Shown: positions 19,243-28,517, counted from the first letter of the stretch. The stretch: 64,000 nucleotides of DNA from Patescibacteria group bacterium (GCA_041675145.1 JBAYUK010000002.1:152530-216529); one strand, 5' to 3'. Notes: a model not told the origin generated them from the letters alone. Translations and numbers: made by a program.

Positions 19243-20567
19243 GATATTCTGAGTATTTCATCCTCTAGTATTATTTTGTTCTTAAAGTTCTTCAATAGCT
19301 CTCGTTTTTCAGCTAGCATACCTTCTTTCAGAATGTACTTCGCATAGTTCTTGATATCTATTTCTGACACATCTACTTTCTTTTGTTTTTCATTATTTCC
19401 CAACACATGTGCTTGAAAGTTTCCGTATCGTTTGAGCTCATGTTTTACGCGTTCGTAAATACCCAGCTCGTTCATATCAATCTGGTCAATAATCTTTATT
19501 AACTCGCTGATAAGGTTAGTCTCATTGATGCTATTGCTGCAGCTCTTGTCTCTGCTTTTCGTGCAGGCATAGTAAATATGCTTATTGAACGACCCATTGA
19601 TCAGTTTCTTATACTTCTCATTAGCGGATATACCTGAGCCACATTTACCGCAGGTAAGTAATCGCGTGAAGGCGAATTCTTTTCCTGTTACTGCTGAGTT
19701 ATATCTTTCCTTGAGACACTTTTGTGCCTCGTCAAAGAGTTCTTTAGATATTAGTGGAGTATGTGCTCCCTGATACCAATTGCCACTTTTCTTCGGGTAT
19801 TCAAAGCTACCGTAGTAGAAGTGATTATTGAGGATGGTGTAGATGTTGCTGAGTGACAAATGTTTTCCGCTACTGGCTCTGAAGTCTTTTTCAAACTTTA
19901 ACCAGGCGTACATCTGTCTCCCGCTTATTCCCTGATACACGACTCGCTCAAATATCTCTCGAATAACTGGTGCTCGTTCCGGATCGAGGACAGGATCGCA
20001 CTTTTTCATTCGGTTAGGGTTGTTGAGGTACCCAGTAGGAGCTCGTGAAGGCCACATACCCATCTCACAGCGGGTTCTTAAACCTCGCTTCACATTCACT
20101 CCCTTGTTATCATTCTCGAGCTTGGCCTGAGAACCGAGGATCATGAGGAGAAACTTCTCATTCGGATTGTTAGAGAACTTTTGTCCGTAGGTTCTAATCT
20201 CAATGATCTTCTTCTGATCCATCATGTCGACGATGGAGCCGAGGTCTCCTGCGTTACGGCTCAAGCGGTCAGGCGCCCAGGTGAGAATAGAATTGTATGT
20301 ACCATTCCGAATACCGGCTATCATTTCGTTAAAGACCGGGCGTTGCCCGGTCTCTTTCGCTGAGTGACTTTCTCGCAAGATGTCGATAATCTCAATACCT
20401 TCTCGTTGGGCCAGGACCATCATCTCCTTGATTTGTGAATCAATGGACAGCGCCTGGCGCTCGTCTGACTCGGTTGACTTCCTCGCATAGAGGCAGTACT
20501 TGGTTTCTTCTGCTATTACGGTACTTGCTTGTGTTTGCATCATATCTAATGAATGACGCGAACCCAC
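19239..20567 (-). CDS. Large serine recombinase (resolvase, recombinase and Zn-ribbon domains); likely start ~20543
   Basis: YARKS catalytic Ser, RP.F, DRLSRN, LTCGKCG...YYAC...C. Confidence 0.95.
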   Translation of the reverse strand: MGSRHSLDMMQTQASTVIAEETKYCLYARKSTESDERQALSIDSQIKEMMVLAQREGIEIIDILRESHSAKETGQRPVFNEMIAGIRNGTYNSILTWAPDRLSRNAGDLGSIVDMMDQKKIIEIRTYGQKFSNNPNEKFLLMILGSQAKLENDNKGVNVKRGLRTRCEMGMWPSRAPTGYLNNPNRMKKCDPVLDPERAPVIREIFERVVYQGISGRQMYAWLKFEKDFRASSGKHLSLSNIYTILNNHFYYGSFEYPKKSGNWYQGAHTPLISKELFDEAQKCLKERYNSAVTGKEFAFTRLLTCGKCGSGISANEKYKKLINGSFNKHIYYACTKSRDKSCSNSINETNLISELIKIIDQIDMNELGIYERVKHELKRYGNFQAHVLGNNEKQKKVDVSEIDIKNYAKYILKEGMLAEKRELLKNFKNKIILEDEILRIS

Positions 20568-20673
20568 CCAGTAGTCTAGGCTTATTATTCGTTGCTAATA
20601 AAAGCTCTTCGCAAGGCTCCAGATGTAAGCTAAGATACGTGGACTTTTGCCGTATTCGTGGTAAAATGACTTA

Positions 20674-20876
20674 ACAATTGAGTAGTGCCTAACCCCGAAG
20701 TTTTCGCTTCGGATATGGCGCAAAACCCCCAACCAAGATACTGAACCCCGTGTTCAGCAACTCTTGGTTGGGTCATATCGGGAAACTGATATGGAGTCGC
20801 AAGACTCGGCTGGCGCGGGGCTTAGTGTATCTAAGCGTTGTTGCCAGCTACTTATTATAGAGAGCTGGATTTTTTT
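20674..20876 (+). ncRNA. Candidate structured 5' leader RNA ending in a terminator
   Basis: TGGTAAAAT promoter 20659-20667; six stems including GAAA and GCAA tetraloops; CCAGCT/AGCTGG stem followed by a T run. Confidence 0.55.
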
Positions 20877-20908
20877 ATTATTAACGCACAATACTAATAA
20901 CTACATAT

Positions 20909-21370
20909 ATGAGCAATACAACAAACGATAAAGAGTTTAAGGGGTATAACGGCACGCTAATACTCACCAATACAGGAATTATCATAAAGCGTGGCACGAA
21001 GGGATTCCTGCTCGGTGGCTTCCAGATGAGAGGAGACAAAACGATACCGTATAGCAGTATTGTGGCAGTACAGTTTAAGAAGGCTGGGTTATCTGCCGGT
21101 TATATCCAGTTTACTCTCAAGGGAGGATCAGAGGCAAAAGGCGGTTTGCTCCAGTCAACCAGAGATGAGAACAGTATTAATTTCCACTCCAATAGAAACA
21201 AAGAGTTTATTGAAGCAAAGGAGCTTATCGAACAGCGCATTGGTTCAGAAGGATCATCTGCTAGACCAAGCGAACTCGATGAGCTTACAAAACTCGCTAC
21301 TCTGAAAGACAAAGGCATTATTAATCAGAAAGAGTTTGACGCTAAGAAAAAACAGCTCCTTGGCTTATAA
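20909..21370 (+). CDS. DUF4429-like PH domain plus SHOCT domain protein
   Basis: KTIPYSSIVAVQFKKAG..GYIQF; C-terminal DELTKLATLKDKGIINQKEFDAKKKQLL. Confidence 0.8.
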   Translation: MSNTTNDKEFKGYNGTLILTNTGIIIKRGTKGFLLGGFQMRGDKTIPYSSIVAVQFKKAGLSAGYIQFTLKGGSEAKGGLLQSTRDENSINFHSNRNKEFIEAKELIEQRIGSEGSSARPSELDELTKLATLKDKGIINQKEFDAKKKQLLGL

Positions 21371-21392
21371 TAATCATTAGTAACTCACCACA

Positions 21393-22055
21393 ATGGCATT
21401 TATCAATGGCTTCTTTTCGTTCCTATTCTTTATTTCGTTTATTTTATTGATTGTGGGGCTAATTGCTCCTAAGAAAGTAAGTAGGCTTTTGAAGAAAGAT
21501 TGGGACCGCAAGATGATCGCAAAAACTATCGGTCTGGTCTCGTTGGCATCCTTCGTTATTGCAGTGGCTACTACGCCCGCTGTTCCGGTATCTCCAAAAG
21601 CTACTAAAACGTCTACAGTTACTGAAACCACTGAGCAGGTTCAGGCAATAAATGTAGAGGAGCCACAAGAAATTGTGTCAGAGGAAGTTAAAGAAGCGGC
21701 CAAGGATTCAGCAGTAAGTGAAACTAAGCCAGCAACATCATCGCCGACTCCTCAAAAGACCACCAACTCGAGTCCTGCTCAAACGACCACTTCTCCTACG
21801 CCAGCGACATCGAGCCCTACACCAACTCCACAACCAGCACCAACAACCCCCGCGCCTACTCAACCAGCACCACAACCAGCACCAGTTCCATCTGGTCACA
21901 CGTTTTATACCAGTTCGCACTATAGCGCAAAATTATATTACTGTGATACAGATGAAGGGTGGAGAGGCCTTTCACCAAGTTATCTCAAATCTTTTCCTAG
22001 CGCCGAAGCATTATTGAAAGTATACCCAAGAACACTTCACGAGCCGTGTAAATAA
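21393..22055 (+). CDS. Membrane-anchored protein with P/T-rich linker and conserved C-terminal domain
   Basis: 2 TM, low-complexity linker, 52-aa domain shared with the next gene. Confidence 0.75.
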   Translation: MAFINGFFSFLFFISFILLIVGLIAPKKVSRLLKKDWDRKMIAKTIGLVSLASFVIAVATTPAVPVSPKATKTSTVTETTEQVQAINVEEPQEIVSEEVKEAAKDSAVSETKPATSSPTPQKTTNSSPAQTTTSPTPATSSPTPTPQPAPTTPAPTQPAPQPAPVPSGHTFYTSSHYSAKLYYCDTDEGWRGLSPSYLKSFPSAEALLKVYPRTLHEPCK

Positions 22056-22058
22056 AGT

Positions 22059-23189
22059 ATGGAAAGTAGCGCTTTAACCCTTTTATTCTTCTTACTGTTT
22101 ATAGCTTCAGTTGTATTACTGATTGCTGGATTAATATGGCCGCCGATTCTCAAGCGACTTATTAAGTCTGTTCCCACTAGAAAAGCAATAGCCTTATTCT
22201 TCTCGGGGCTAATAGTGACTTCTTTCATTGGAGTAGCGGTCTTCGTTCCGCATAGTAATAGTAGAATAACTGCTGATACTGTTTCAGAGGAAAAAACAAA
22301 CATAGAGCAAGAAGCTCAAGGCGTACCTGTTAGCACCCAAGACGGTGTCGGTGCTGGCACTATTGAAGAAGTTACTGCCGAGAAAACGGTGCGGTCACTT
22401 CCTGATCAAGCTTCTAGTAGCACAAAAACAGCGACACCGACGCCCGCGCCGAGCCAACCAACTTCAGCACCCGCCAAGCCCGCGCCGAGCCAAGTTCCAG
22501 TAGTTGCACCACCTGCACCCACACCAGCCACGACCACGTACTTCTCAGTCGTTTCCGTAACTGACGGAGATACTTTTAAAGTATCTATAGATGGGAAGAC
22601 TGATACTATACGTATTATCGGTGTAGATACTCCAGAAACTGTTGATCCAAGAAAACCCGTGCAATGTTTTGGGGTAGAAGCTTCAAGCAGAGCCAAGGCT
22701 TTACTTACTGGAAAGAAAGTAAGATTGGAGTCGGATAGTGTCTCGGGTGATCGAGACAAGTATAACCGCTTGCTTCGTTATGTGTGGCTCGAGGATGGTA
22801 CTTTTTTTAACGAGACCATGATATCCGAAGGATACGCCTTCGAATACACTTATCAAAGTCAGGCATATGTGTACCAGTCTGAATTCAAGAAAGCTGAACA
22901 GAACGCAAAGAATTCAAAGCTAGGACTTTGGGCGGATAATGCCTGTAATCAGACAACGCAATCTGCCGTAGTGCCACCTGTAGTTTCGCCTCCCGCAACA
23001 GCTCAGCCCGTACCTACTACAACATCTTCGCATGTATTTTATACGAGCTCATATCATACTGCTCAATATTACTATTGCGATACTGACAACGGATGGAAGG
23101 GTCTTTCGCCGAGTTATCTTAAATCATTCCCAAGTGCTGAGGCGTTACTGAAGGTATACTCGAGAACACTTCACGAACCCTGTAAGTAG
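22059..23189 (+). CDS. Membrane-anchored thermonuclease (SNase family)
   Basis: VTDGDT, IRIIGVDTPE, DKYNRLLRYV, A...KLGLW. Confidence 0.9.
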   Translation: MESSALTLLFFLLFIASVVLLIAGLIWPPILKRLIKSVPTRKAIALFFSGLIVTSFIGVAVFVPHSNSRITADTVSEEKTNIEQEAQGVPVSTQDGVGAGTIEEVTAEKTVRSLPDQASSSTKTATPTPAPSQPTSAPAKPAPSQVPVVAPPAPTPATTTYFSVVSVTDGDTFKVSIDGKTDTIRIIGVDTPETVDPRKPVQCFGVEASSRAKALLTGKKVRLESDSVSGDRDKYNRLLRYVWLEDGTFFNETMISEGYAFEYTYQSQAYVYQSEFKKAEQNAKNSKLGLWADNACNQTTQSAVVPPVVSPPATAQPVPTTTSSHVFYTSSYHTAQYYYCDTDNGWKGLSPSYLKSFPSAEALLKVYSRTLHEPCK

Positions 23190-23636
23190 CTATTCTGATA
23201 TGCCCTTTTCCTCTTCAGCCATCTCCTTATGAAGCTTTAGTGCCCATTCTGCGATCGTCTCCGGTGGCGTTTCATTGATGATTATGGAGTGTACTGGAAC
23301 GAATGACTCAACATCTTTTGTAGGTACTTTGGGTGTATACTCCGGGTCTCTGCTCTTAAGCTGAAATACGATAGCCTGCATATTGCCTTCTTTTATCTTT
23401 TGCGTTAAGGCAGACTTAGCAAGATCGTTTAATGCAGCTCTTCCGAGTTTACGCGCCTTGGTTACTTCATCTGCAAGATCCATATCTTCTTCGATCCAGC
23501 GATAGAATGTTGCACGGGAGACGCCTGCCTTTTTGCATACTATGGATATATTGTCGAGTTCACTTAACAAGGCAAGAATCTCTTTCTTGTTTTTAGCAAT
23601 TCTTTTTTGGTCAGTTTTAGCTTTCTTGTCTTCCAT
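23190..23636 (-). CDS. Phage terminase-small-subunit-like HTH protein
   Basis: ISIVCKKAGVSRATFYRWIEED...AIVFQLK; downstream of ParB-MTase genes as in phage packaging modules. Confidence 0.55.
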   Translation of the reverse strand: MEDKKAKTDQKRIAKNKKEILALLSELDNISIVCKKAGVSRATFYRWIEEDMDLADEVTKARKLGRAALNDLAKSALTQKIKEGNMQAIVFQLKSRDPEYTPKVPTKDVESFVPVHSIIINETPPETIAEWALKLHKEMAEEEKGISE

Positions 23637-24381
23637 GAGCTTTTTTACCCGTTAACTTTTCCCACCGTTGAACGATCGTAGCGCAGTACTCCAAATCCTG
23701 CTCGACCATAACACACTTCCGCTTCGTATGCTCGCACGCAACTATTGTGGTTCCTGATCCACCGAATGGGTCGTACACCACATCTCCCACCTCAGTGCAG
23801 TTTAGAATGAGCTTACGAATGAGGCCGACTGGCTTCATGGTGGGGTGGAGCTTGCTCTGTTGTGGCTTGGGCGCAAACAACACCGACTTATCTTTACTAT
23901 GCTTGAAGTCATGCGTACCATACCAGCCATAGAGGATTAGTTCGTGTTGCGGGAGATAGTCAAGTCGACCAATGACAGGTTTGTCTTTGACCCAAATAAG
24001 CAACTGCGCTACTTTGATCTTCATATCTACGCAGGCTTGGCGCAGGGCAAAGACCATCTTGTCTGAATTGAAGATGTAGATACTATTCTTCTTCGTGAGA
24101 TACGGCAGCGCGGGACCAAGCCACCCTTGCGTAAAGGTCGCGTACTGCGCATCTGACATATGCCCGTCATTTTGGATATCTTTATCTTTGGATACTTTTT
24201 GTAAATCTCGCTTGCTGGCGACATAGTCGATACCGTACGGCGGATCCGTGATAATAGCGTTGATCTTGCCATCTTTCAGGATAGCCTTCAGATCTAAGGT
24301 ACTGGCATCCCCACAGACTAAGGTGTGGTCACCGAGCTGGATAATATCCCCGGACTTAATTGAGTTTGATGGCTGTGTCAT
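23617..24381 (-). CDS. N6A/N4C DNA methyltransferase
   Basis: TDPPYG, HPTMKP, DPFGGSGTT; start taken at MTQPS. Confidence 0.88.
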   Translation of the reverse strand: MTQPSNSIKSGDIIQLGDHTLVCGDASTLDLKAILKDGKINAIITDPPYGIDYVASKRDLQKVSKDKDIQNDGHMSDAQYATFTQGWLGPALPYLTKKNSIYIFNSDKMVFALRQACVDMKIKVAQLLIWVKDKPVIGRLDYLPQHELILYGWYGTHDFKHSKDKSVLFAPKPQQSKLHPTMKPVGLIRKLILNCTEVGDVVYDPFGGSGTTIVACEHTKRKCVMVEQDLEYCATIVQRWEKLTGKKAHGRQES

Positions 24382-25630
24382 TGGTAAGGTTCTCCCAGCG
24401 GTTAATAATAAGTTGGCAAAAAACAGGACTTTGCTCAATCAGATACGCGACACGCTTTAGTTGTTCGCAGGCGAGCAAAGTTGAGCCACTCCCACCGAAT
24501 AGATCGAGTACCGTATCGCCGATCTTGGTACAGCGCATCAGCGGTCGCTCGTGTAAAGTGAGTGGCTTCTGGGTGGGGTGATTGTAGTCGTCACTCGCAT
24601 CTCGCTTAACCAACCAAATGTCGATCAGGTCGGCGACATCATCAAGAGTGGCATTGCCAATGCCGACTTCAGTATTTAAGATCTCCGCAAACTTGGTATG
24701 TTTATCCGACAAGTACGGTTTTCCCACCGTGCCATAGACACACGGTTCATACAACTTCGAGAAGGCTATCTGCGGAGTCGGATTAATACCGTTCTTAATC
24801 CACAAACACGTCCGTTGGTATTTGATTCCCAGCTCCTCGTATACCGATTGCACCATCCCGACGTAGCGCTCATCACACCACCAGAATAGATGCGTATCTT
24901 TTTGCGCAACACCCAGGGCGTTACCTAAAGTCTGCTTCGTAAAGAGTCGGAACGCATCGTCGGACAAGGAATCGTTAACTGCGCCACCATAGTTAGCTTT
25001 GCCGCCAATCCCTTTGTTATAGTCGAGGCTAATATTGTATGGGCTGTCGCAATACACCATATGTACTCGTGTTTCGCCAACTAACTTTTGTACAGCTTCC
25101 ATGTCGGTGCTATCTCCGCACAGTAACCGGTGATTGCCCAGCTGAAACAGGTCACCGGACTGGATGTCTGTAGTTAGCGCTTTCTCGATCTCTTCCTCCT
25201 CATTGAAGCTGTCGTCTTCCAATTCCAGAACATCGTCCCAGATACTGGAAAGATCGGTATCGTCAAAGCCGATATCGAGTAAGAATTCGGTATCGAATTC
25301 CTTGAGGAGATCAAAATTCCACGAACCCGTATTGCGGTTGGAGCGCAGTAAATATTCGTCGAATTCTTTTTGATCAAGTAATCGACTCGGTACTCGCACA
25401 TCGATTAGTTCTTCGCCACGACCCAGTTCACGCAGGATAAAGAGTCGTTGGTGACCAGCAATCACTGTGTTATCTAAGTTGATCGCTGGAATTTCAACGA
25501 GGTCAAACTTCGTAATACTTTTTGTCAGATCCTTTTTCTGCTGCGCGCTCAAGGTACGCGGGTTCTTGGAATAGGGCACCAAATCTGAGACTTTACGTTT
25601 TTCTGTGTGCCACTGAATAGATTTTTTCAT
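24356..25630 (-). CDS. ParB-like N-terminal domain plus N6A/N4C DNA methyltransferase
   Basis: LVPYSKNPR...AGHQR; CDSPYN, HPTQKP, DLFGGSGST; SD AGGAGA before MKKSI. Confidence 0.88.
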   Translation of the reverse strand: MKKSIQWHTEKRKVSDLVPYSKNPRTLSAQQKKDLTKSITKFDLVEIPAINLDNTVIAGHQRLFILRELGRGEELIDVRVPSRLLDQKEFDEYLLRSNRNTGSWNFDLLKEFDTEFLLDIGFDDTDLSSIWDDVLELEDDSFNEEEEIEKALTTDIQSGDLFQLGNHRLLCGDSTDMEAVQKLVGETRVHMVYCDSPYNISLDYNKGIGGKANYGGAVNDSLSDDAFRLFTKQTLGNALGVAQKDTHLFWWCDERYVGMVQSVYEELGIKYQRTCLWIKNGINPTPQIAFSKLYEPCVYGTVGKPYLSDKHTKFAEILNTEVGIGNATLDDVADLIDIWLVKRDASDDYNHPTQKPLTLHERPLMRCTKIGDTVLDLFGGSGSTLLACEQLKRVAYLIEQSPVFCQLIINRWENLTNDTAIKLN

Positions 25631-25655
25631 AATATATTCTCCTAAATTTACCAAT

Positions 25656-25800
25656 AAAAAATGCCCACTCTGCAAAATAACAAACCAGGAAGATTTACTC
25701 CCTAAATTTATTTTTCTGCAAAGTGGGCACGACCGAGGCGAAGCCTCTCTGGTGTCTTACGACACCTTCTATCACCCGAAGGTGAAATACGTGATACTCA
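25656..25800 (-). ncRNA. Candidate structured leader/terminator upstream of the MTase operon
   Basis: Minus-strand UUCG and GUAA tetraloop hairpins, then a 13-bp stem with U tail. Confidence 0.45.
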
Positions 25801-25805
25801 CTGTG

Positions 25806-26159
25806 TTATCTACTGCTCGATTGTAAAAATGCTGTCAACTCGTTAGGGCGATGTGCCTTCAGAAATTCTATCGCATCTTTTCCAAGAAATACCGGCGCGC
25901 CACCCTCCGGCATACGAATACGAAGTTTTTTACCTTGTTTCTTTGCCAAAGCATGGGCACGTTCAATCTCAGGATTATGGAAAATAACTCGAACCGTATC
26001 TTTACTACCCTCGATCTGCTTGATGTCCGTACTATACGCACGCTGTTCTGTCTTGGTATTGATCGATCGCTCAATAACGCGACCAACAGATTTTGGTTTG
26101 CGCGGCAGCTGAACATTCAGCTCGAGGTCATAAATGTATACATCGATAAACTCTTCCAT
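25806..26159 (-). CDS. Hypothetical protein, divergent from the repressor
   Basis: 117-aa ORF; TG-C-TAGTAT 6 nt upstream of ATG. Confidence 0.55.
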   Translation of the reverse strand: MEEFIDVYIYDLELNVQLPRKPKSVGRVIERSINTKTEQRAYSTDIKQIEGSKDTVRVIFHNPEIERAHALAKKQGKKLRIRMPEGGAPVFLGKDAIEFLKAHRPNELTAFLQSSSR

Positions 26160-26267
26160 ATCCGTATACTAGCACGAAGGGAAAGTGGGTGTCAAGCGTG
26201 AAACATATGTTACGGCTCTTTACGAAAAAGTTATTGAAAGTTCAAAAAAGTATGTTATTATTCAAGT

Positions 26268-26918
26268 ATGAATCCTATCCAAAATGAATTGATGACCCTA
26301 GCCAAAGACCACGATCTCGGTAAAATGAGTTATCGTCAGATAGCAAAACTGATCGGAAAAGAAGGCAGGCCTCAGCTAGTGAAGCATCATCTTGAACAAC
26401 TTGATAGGCAGGGATTAATGCAGGTCAATCTGAAAGAAAAGGTAATTCGCCTGGTCAAGAAAGGGTTCAATAAAACTAAAACAGAAAATTCGTTTTACTC
26501 GTTACCAATTGTTGGTTCGGCGAATTGTGGTCCAGCTACCATATTCGCTGACGAGAGCGTCCAGGGATATTTGAGAGTTTCAGCAAATGTGTTACCTCGA
26601 AAAAAACAGGACCTGTATGTGCTCGTAGCAGATGGCGGATCAATGGATCGGGCTTCTCTTAAAAAAGGAGGTCCTACTATTGAGGATGGCGATTTCGTGG
26701 TTGTAGATAGCTCAAAAGTCAGTCCAAAAGATGGTGAAGTTGTGGTGGCGGTTATTGATCGCATGGCGACTATTAAGCGCTACAAAAAAGATCCAAAGAA
26801 TCACCGCATTATCCTTCAGCCCGAATCAACAGAGAACTATTTCCCAATCATTGTGCAGCAAGGTGATAACTTTCAAGTCAGCGGAACAGTCATCGACATC
26901 ATCAAGAAAGCAAAGTAA
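26268..26918 (+). CDS. LexA/CI-like repressor with S24 autopeptidase
   Basis: N-terminal winged HTH, cleavage site GSANCG, catalytic GGSMD and ATIKRY. Confidence 0.85.
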   Translation: MNPIQNELMTLAKDHDLGKMSYRQIAKLIGKEGRPQLVKHHLEQLDRQGLMQVNLKEKVIRLVKKGFNKTKTENSFYSLPIVGSANCGPATIFADESVQGYLRVSANVLPRKKQDLYVLVADGGSMDRASLKKGGPTIEDGDFVVVDSSKVSPKDGEVVVAVIDRMATIKRYKKDPKNHRIILQPESTENYFPIIVQQGDNFQVSGTVIDIIKKAK

Positions 26919-26966
26919 TTTTGCCTATGGTCGATATTATTAGTAGTGATTAGAAAGGTGGTATTC

Positions 26967-27107
26967 ATGACTAACACTAAAAAGGTGAAGTTGCCAAAAA
27001 GTGCTGTGACCGGACGTATCGTAACATCGGCATATGCAAAGGCACATCCAAACACAACCGTTTTCCAAACAGTTGTGAAGAAGCAAGCATCAGGTAAGAA
27101 AAAATAA
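26967..27107 (+). CDS. 46-aa basic small protein not in the ORF track
   Basis: SD AAAGGTGG; MTNTKKVKLPKSAVTGRIVTSAYAKAHPNTTVFQTVVKKQASGKKK. Confidence 0.65.
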   Translation: MTNTKKVKLPKSAVTGRIVTSAYAKAHPNTTVFQTVVKKQASGKKK

Positions 27108-27196
27108 ACAGGCTGAATGGGAAAAGTTATCGAGTAGTACGCGTTTGAGAAGATTGTTTCTTTATCTTCAATTACGGCCGAAAGGTATGCCTGCCC

Positions 27197-27230
27197 ATCA
27201 GAAATCGATCTGCAAGGATCGATTTCTGAT
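27197..27230. terminator. 14-bp perfect hairpin
   Basis: ATCAGAAATCGATC-tgcaag-GATCGATTTCTGAT. Confidence 0.55.
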
Positions 27231-27262
27231 TCAAATCATATCTACCCTATAAATATTAACTT

Positions 27263-28210
27263 ATGGCAAACAAGAAGTTTTTAGAAGAATATCCACTATA
27301 CAAGAAGTATGAAACCGCATGGAATCAGGAAGAGCACGACTATTCATGGATGACCCTCGGTAAGCTTCCCGAACCAGCGATCCATATGTATTGCACTGTT
27401 TGTGATTCTGATCAAACATTCAATATGCGTAACGAGTATTATGACGATAGCTATATGGGGCTTGAGAGGAATAATACAGAATTTCAAAAGTATGCCGAGG
27501 AGGTGAAGTTAGTATATTGTGAGAAAATTCCTGCAGCAGGAAAGGTGCTCCGGAGTGACTATTTGTGTTCGGCTTGCGGTAAAGGGAGGATGATATTCCT
27601 TATTTATTTCTTTAGGGAAAAGATTGGTTCAAGATCTGTTCTATGCATGATGAAGGTTGGCCAAACTCCTCCTTGGAGCATAGTAGTAAATAAAGAGATG
27701 GAGAAGCTTTTGGGTAGTAACGCAGAGCACTATAAGAAAGGGTTGATTTGTGAATCACAGTCTTACGGTATTGGTGCATACGCCTATTTCAGAAGAATCA
27801 CCGAGACTATTATTGATGAACTATTGGACTCTATTTCGGATTTGTTAGAAGGTAAAGAAAAGGAGCTATATGCTGATGCGCTTGCAAAAACGAAAGCCAC
27901 TCGAGTGACTCAAGATAAGATAGATTTAGTTAAACACCTGTTGCCAGTTTCTTTACGACCTGACGGTCTTAATCCGCTTGATATTCTTCATTCTGCGCTG
28001 AGTCAAGGGCTACACGTAGAAGACGATGAGGTATGTCTAGAACAAGCAGAGGCCATAAAGAAGGTATTGGTCTTTCTAGTCAGCCAGATTATTAAGAAGA
28101 AAGATGAAGCCAAGGAATTTACTAAAGGCATGAGAGAGATACTAAACAAGAAGTCGAAACCTACCGTTGTTGAGGATGGGAAAGAAAAAAAGGCAGATGA
28201 ATCAGAATAG
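27263..28210 (+). CDS. Zn-ribbon plus DUF4145/HEPN-like protein
   Basis: CTVC and CSAC; GAYAYFRRITE...LSQGLH. Confidence 0.55.
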   Translation: MANKKFLEEYPLYKKYETAWNQEEHDYSWMTLGKLPEPAIHMYCTVCDSDQTFNMRNEYYDDSYMGLERNNTEFQKYAEEVKLVYCEKIPAAGKVLRSDYLCSACGKGRMIFLIYFFREKIGSRSVLCMMKVGQTPPWSIVVNKEMEKLLGSNAEHYKKGLICESQSYGIGAYAYFRRITETIIDELLDSISDLLEGKEKELYADALAKTKATRVTQDKIDLVKHLLPVSLRPDGLNPLDILHSALSQGLHVEDDEVCLEQAEAIKKVLVFLVSQIIKKKDEAKEFTKGMREILNKKSKPTVVEDGKEKKADESE

Positions 28211-28275
28211 TTATTATGTGGCTATAATAAGCTATTTAAGTCAATAATTACTTACTCTCAAAAATGAGTCAGAGG

Positions 28276-28494
28276 TGTCTCATTTGTCTCATTTACCCTA
28301 GACCGAGACCCCTCAGATTACATAACTTAAAACCTACTGGAAAAGCCCTCAACTGACCCGATTATGGAGGTTATAGACCGAGACTGCCAGCTTTCCAGGG
28401 CACCCGACCGAGAGGGGTCAGGAGCCCTACTAGGCTACAGAGTTTCTCTAAAGTCTAGATAAGAAAAACCATCCGAAAGGATGGTTTTTCTTAT
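28276..28494 (+). repeat. Full junction repeat (CAG ends 28390), preceded by TGTCTCATT x2
   Basis: Near-identical to the 10209 and 12281 copies; terminal hairpin with GAAA loop at 28459-28494. Confidence 0.92.
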
Positions 28495-28517
28495 GGCATT
28501 CAGGGCTATATGGGCAA

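Larger units (their letters stand above)
17849..28390. mobile_element. Putative serine-recombinase integrative element (~10.5 kb)
   Basis: Bounded by junction repeats; contains recombinase, LexA-like repressor, two MTases and a TerS-like HTH; exact ends inferred. Confidence 0.7.

Noticed and set aside
21730-22540. CCAGCACCA-type near-repeats
   Set aside because: Explained by Pro/Thr/Ala-rich linkers in two membrane proteins.
23617-25630. Restriction-modification system
   Set aside because: No adjacent endonuclease or specificity subunit; the MTases look like orphan phage-type enzymes.
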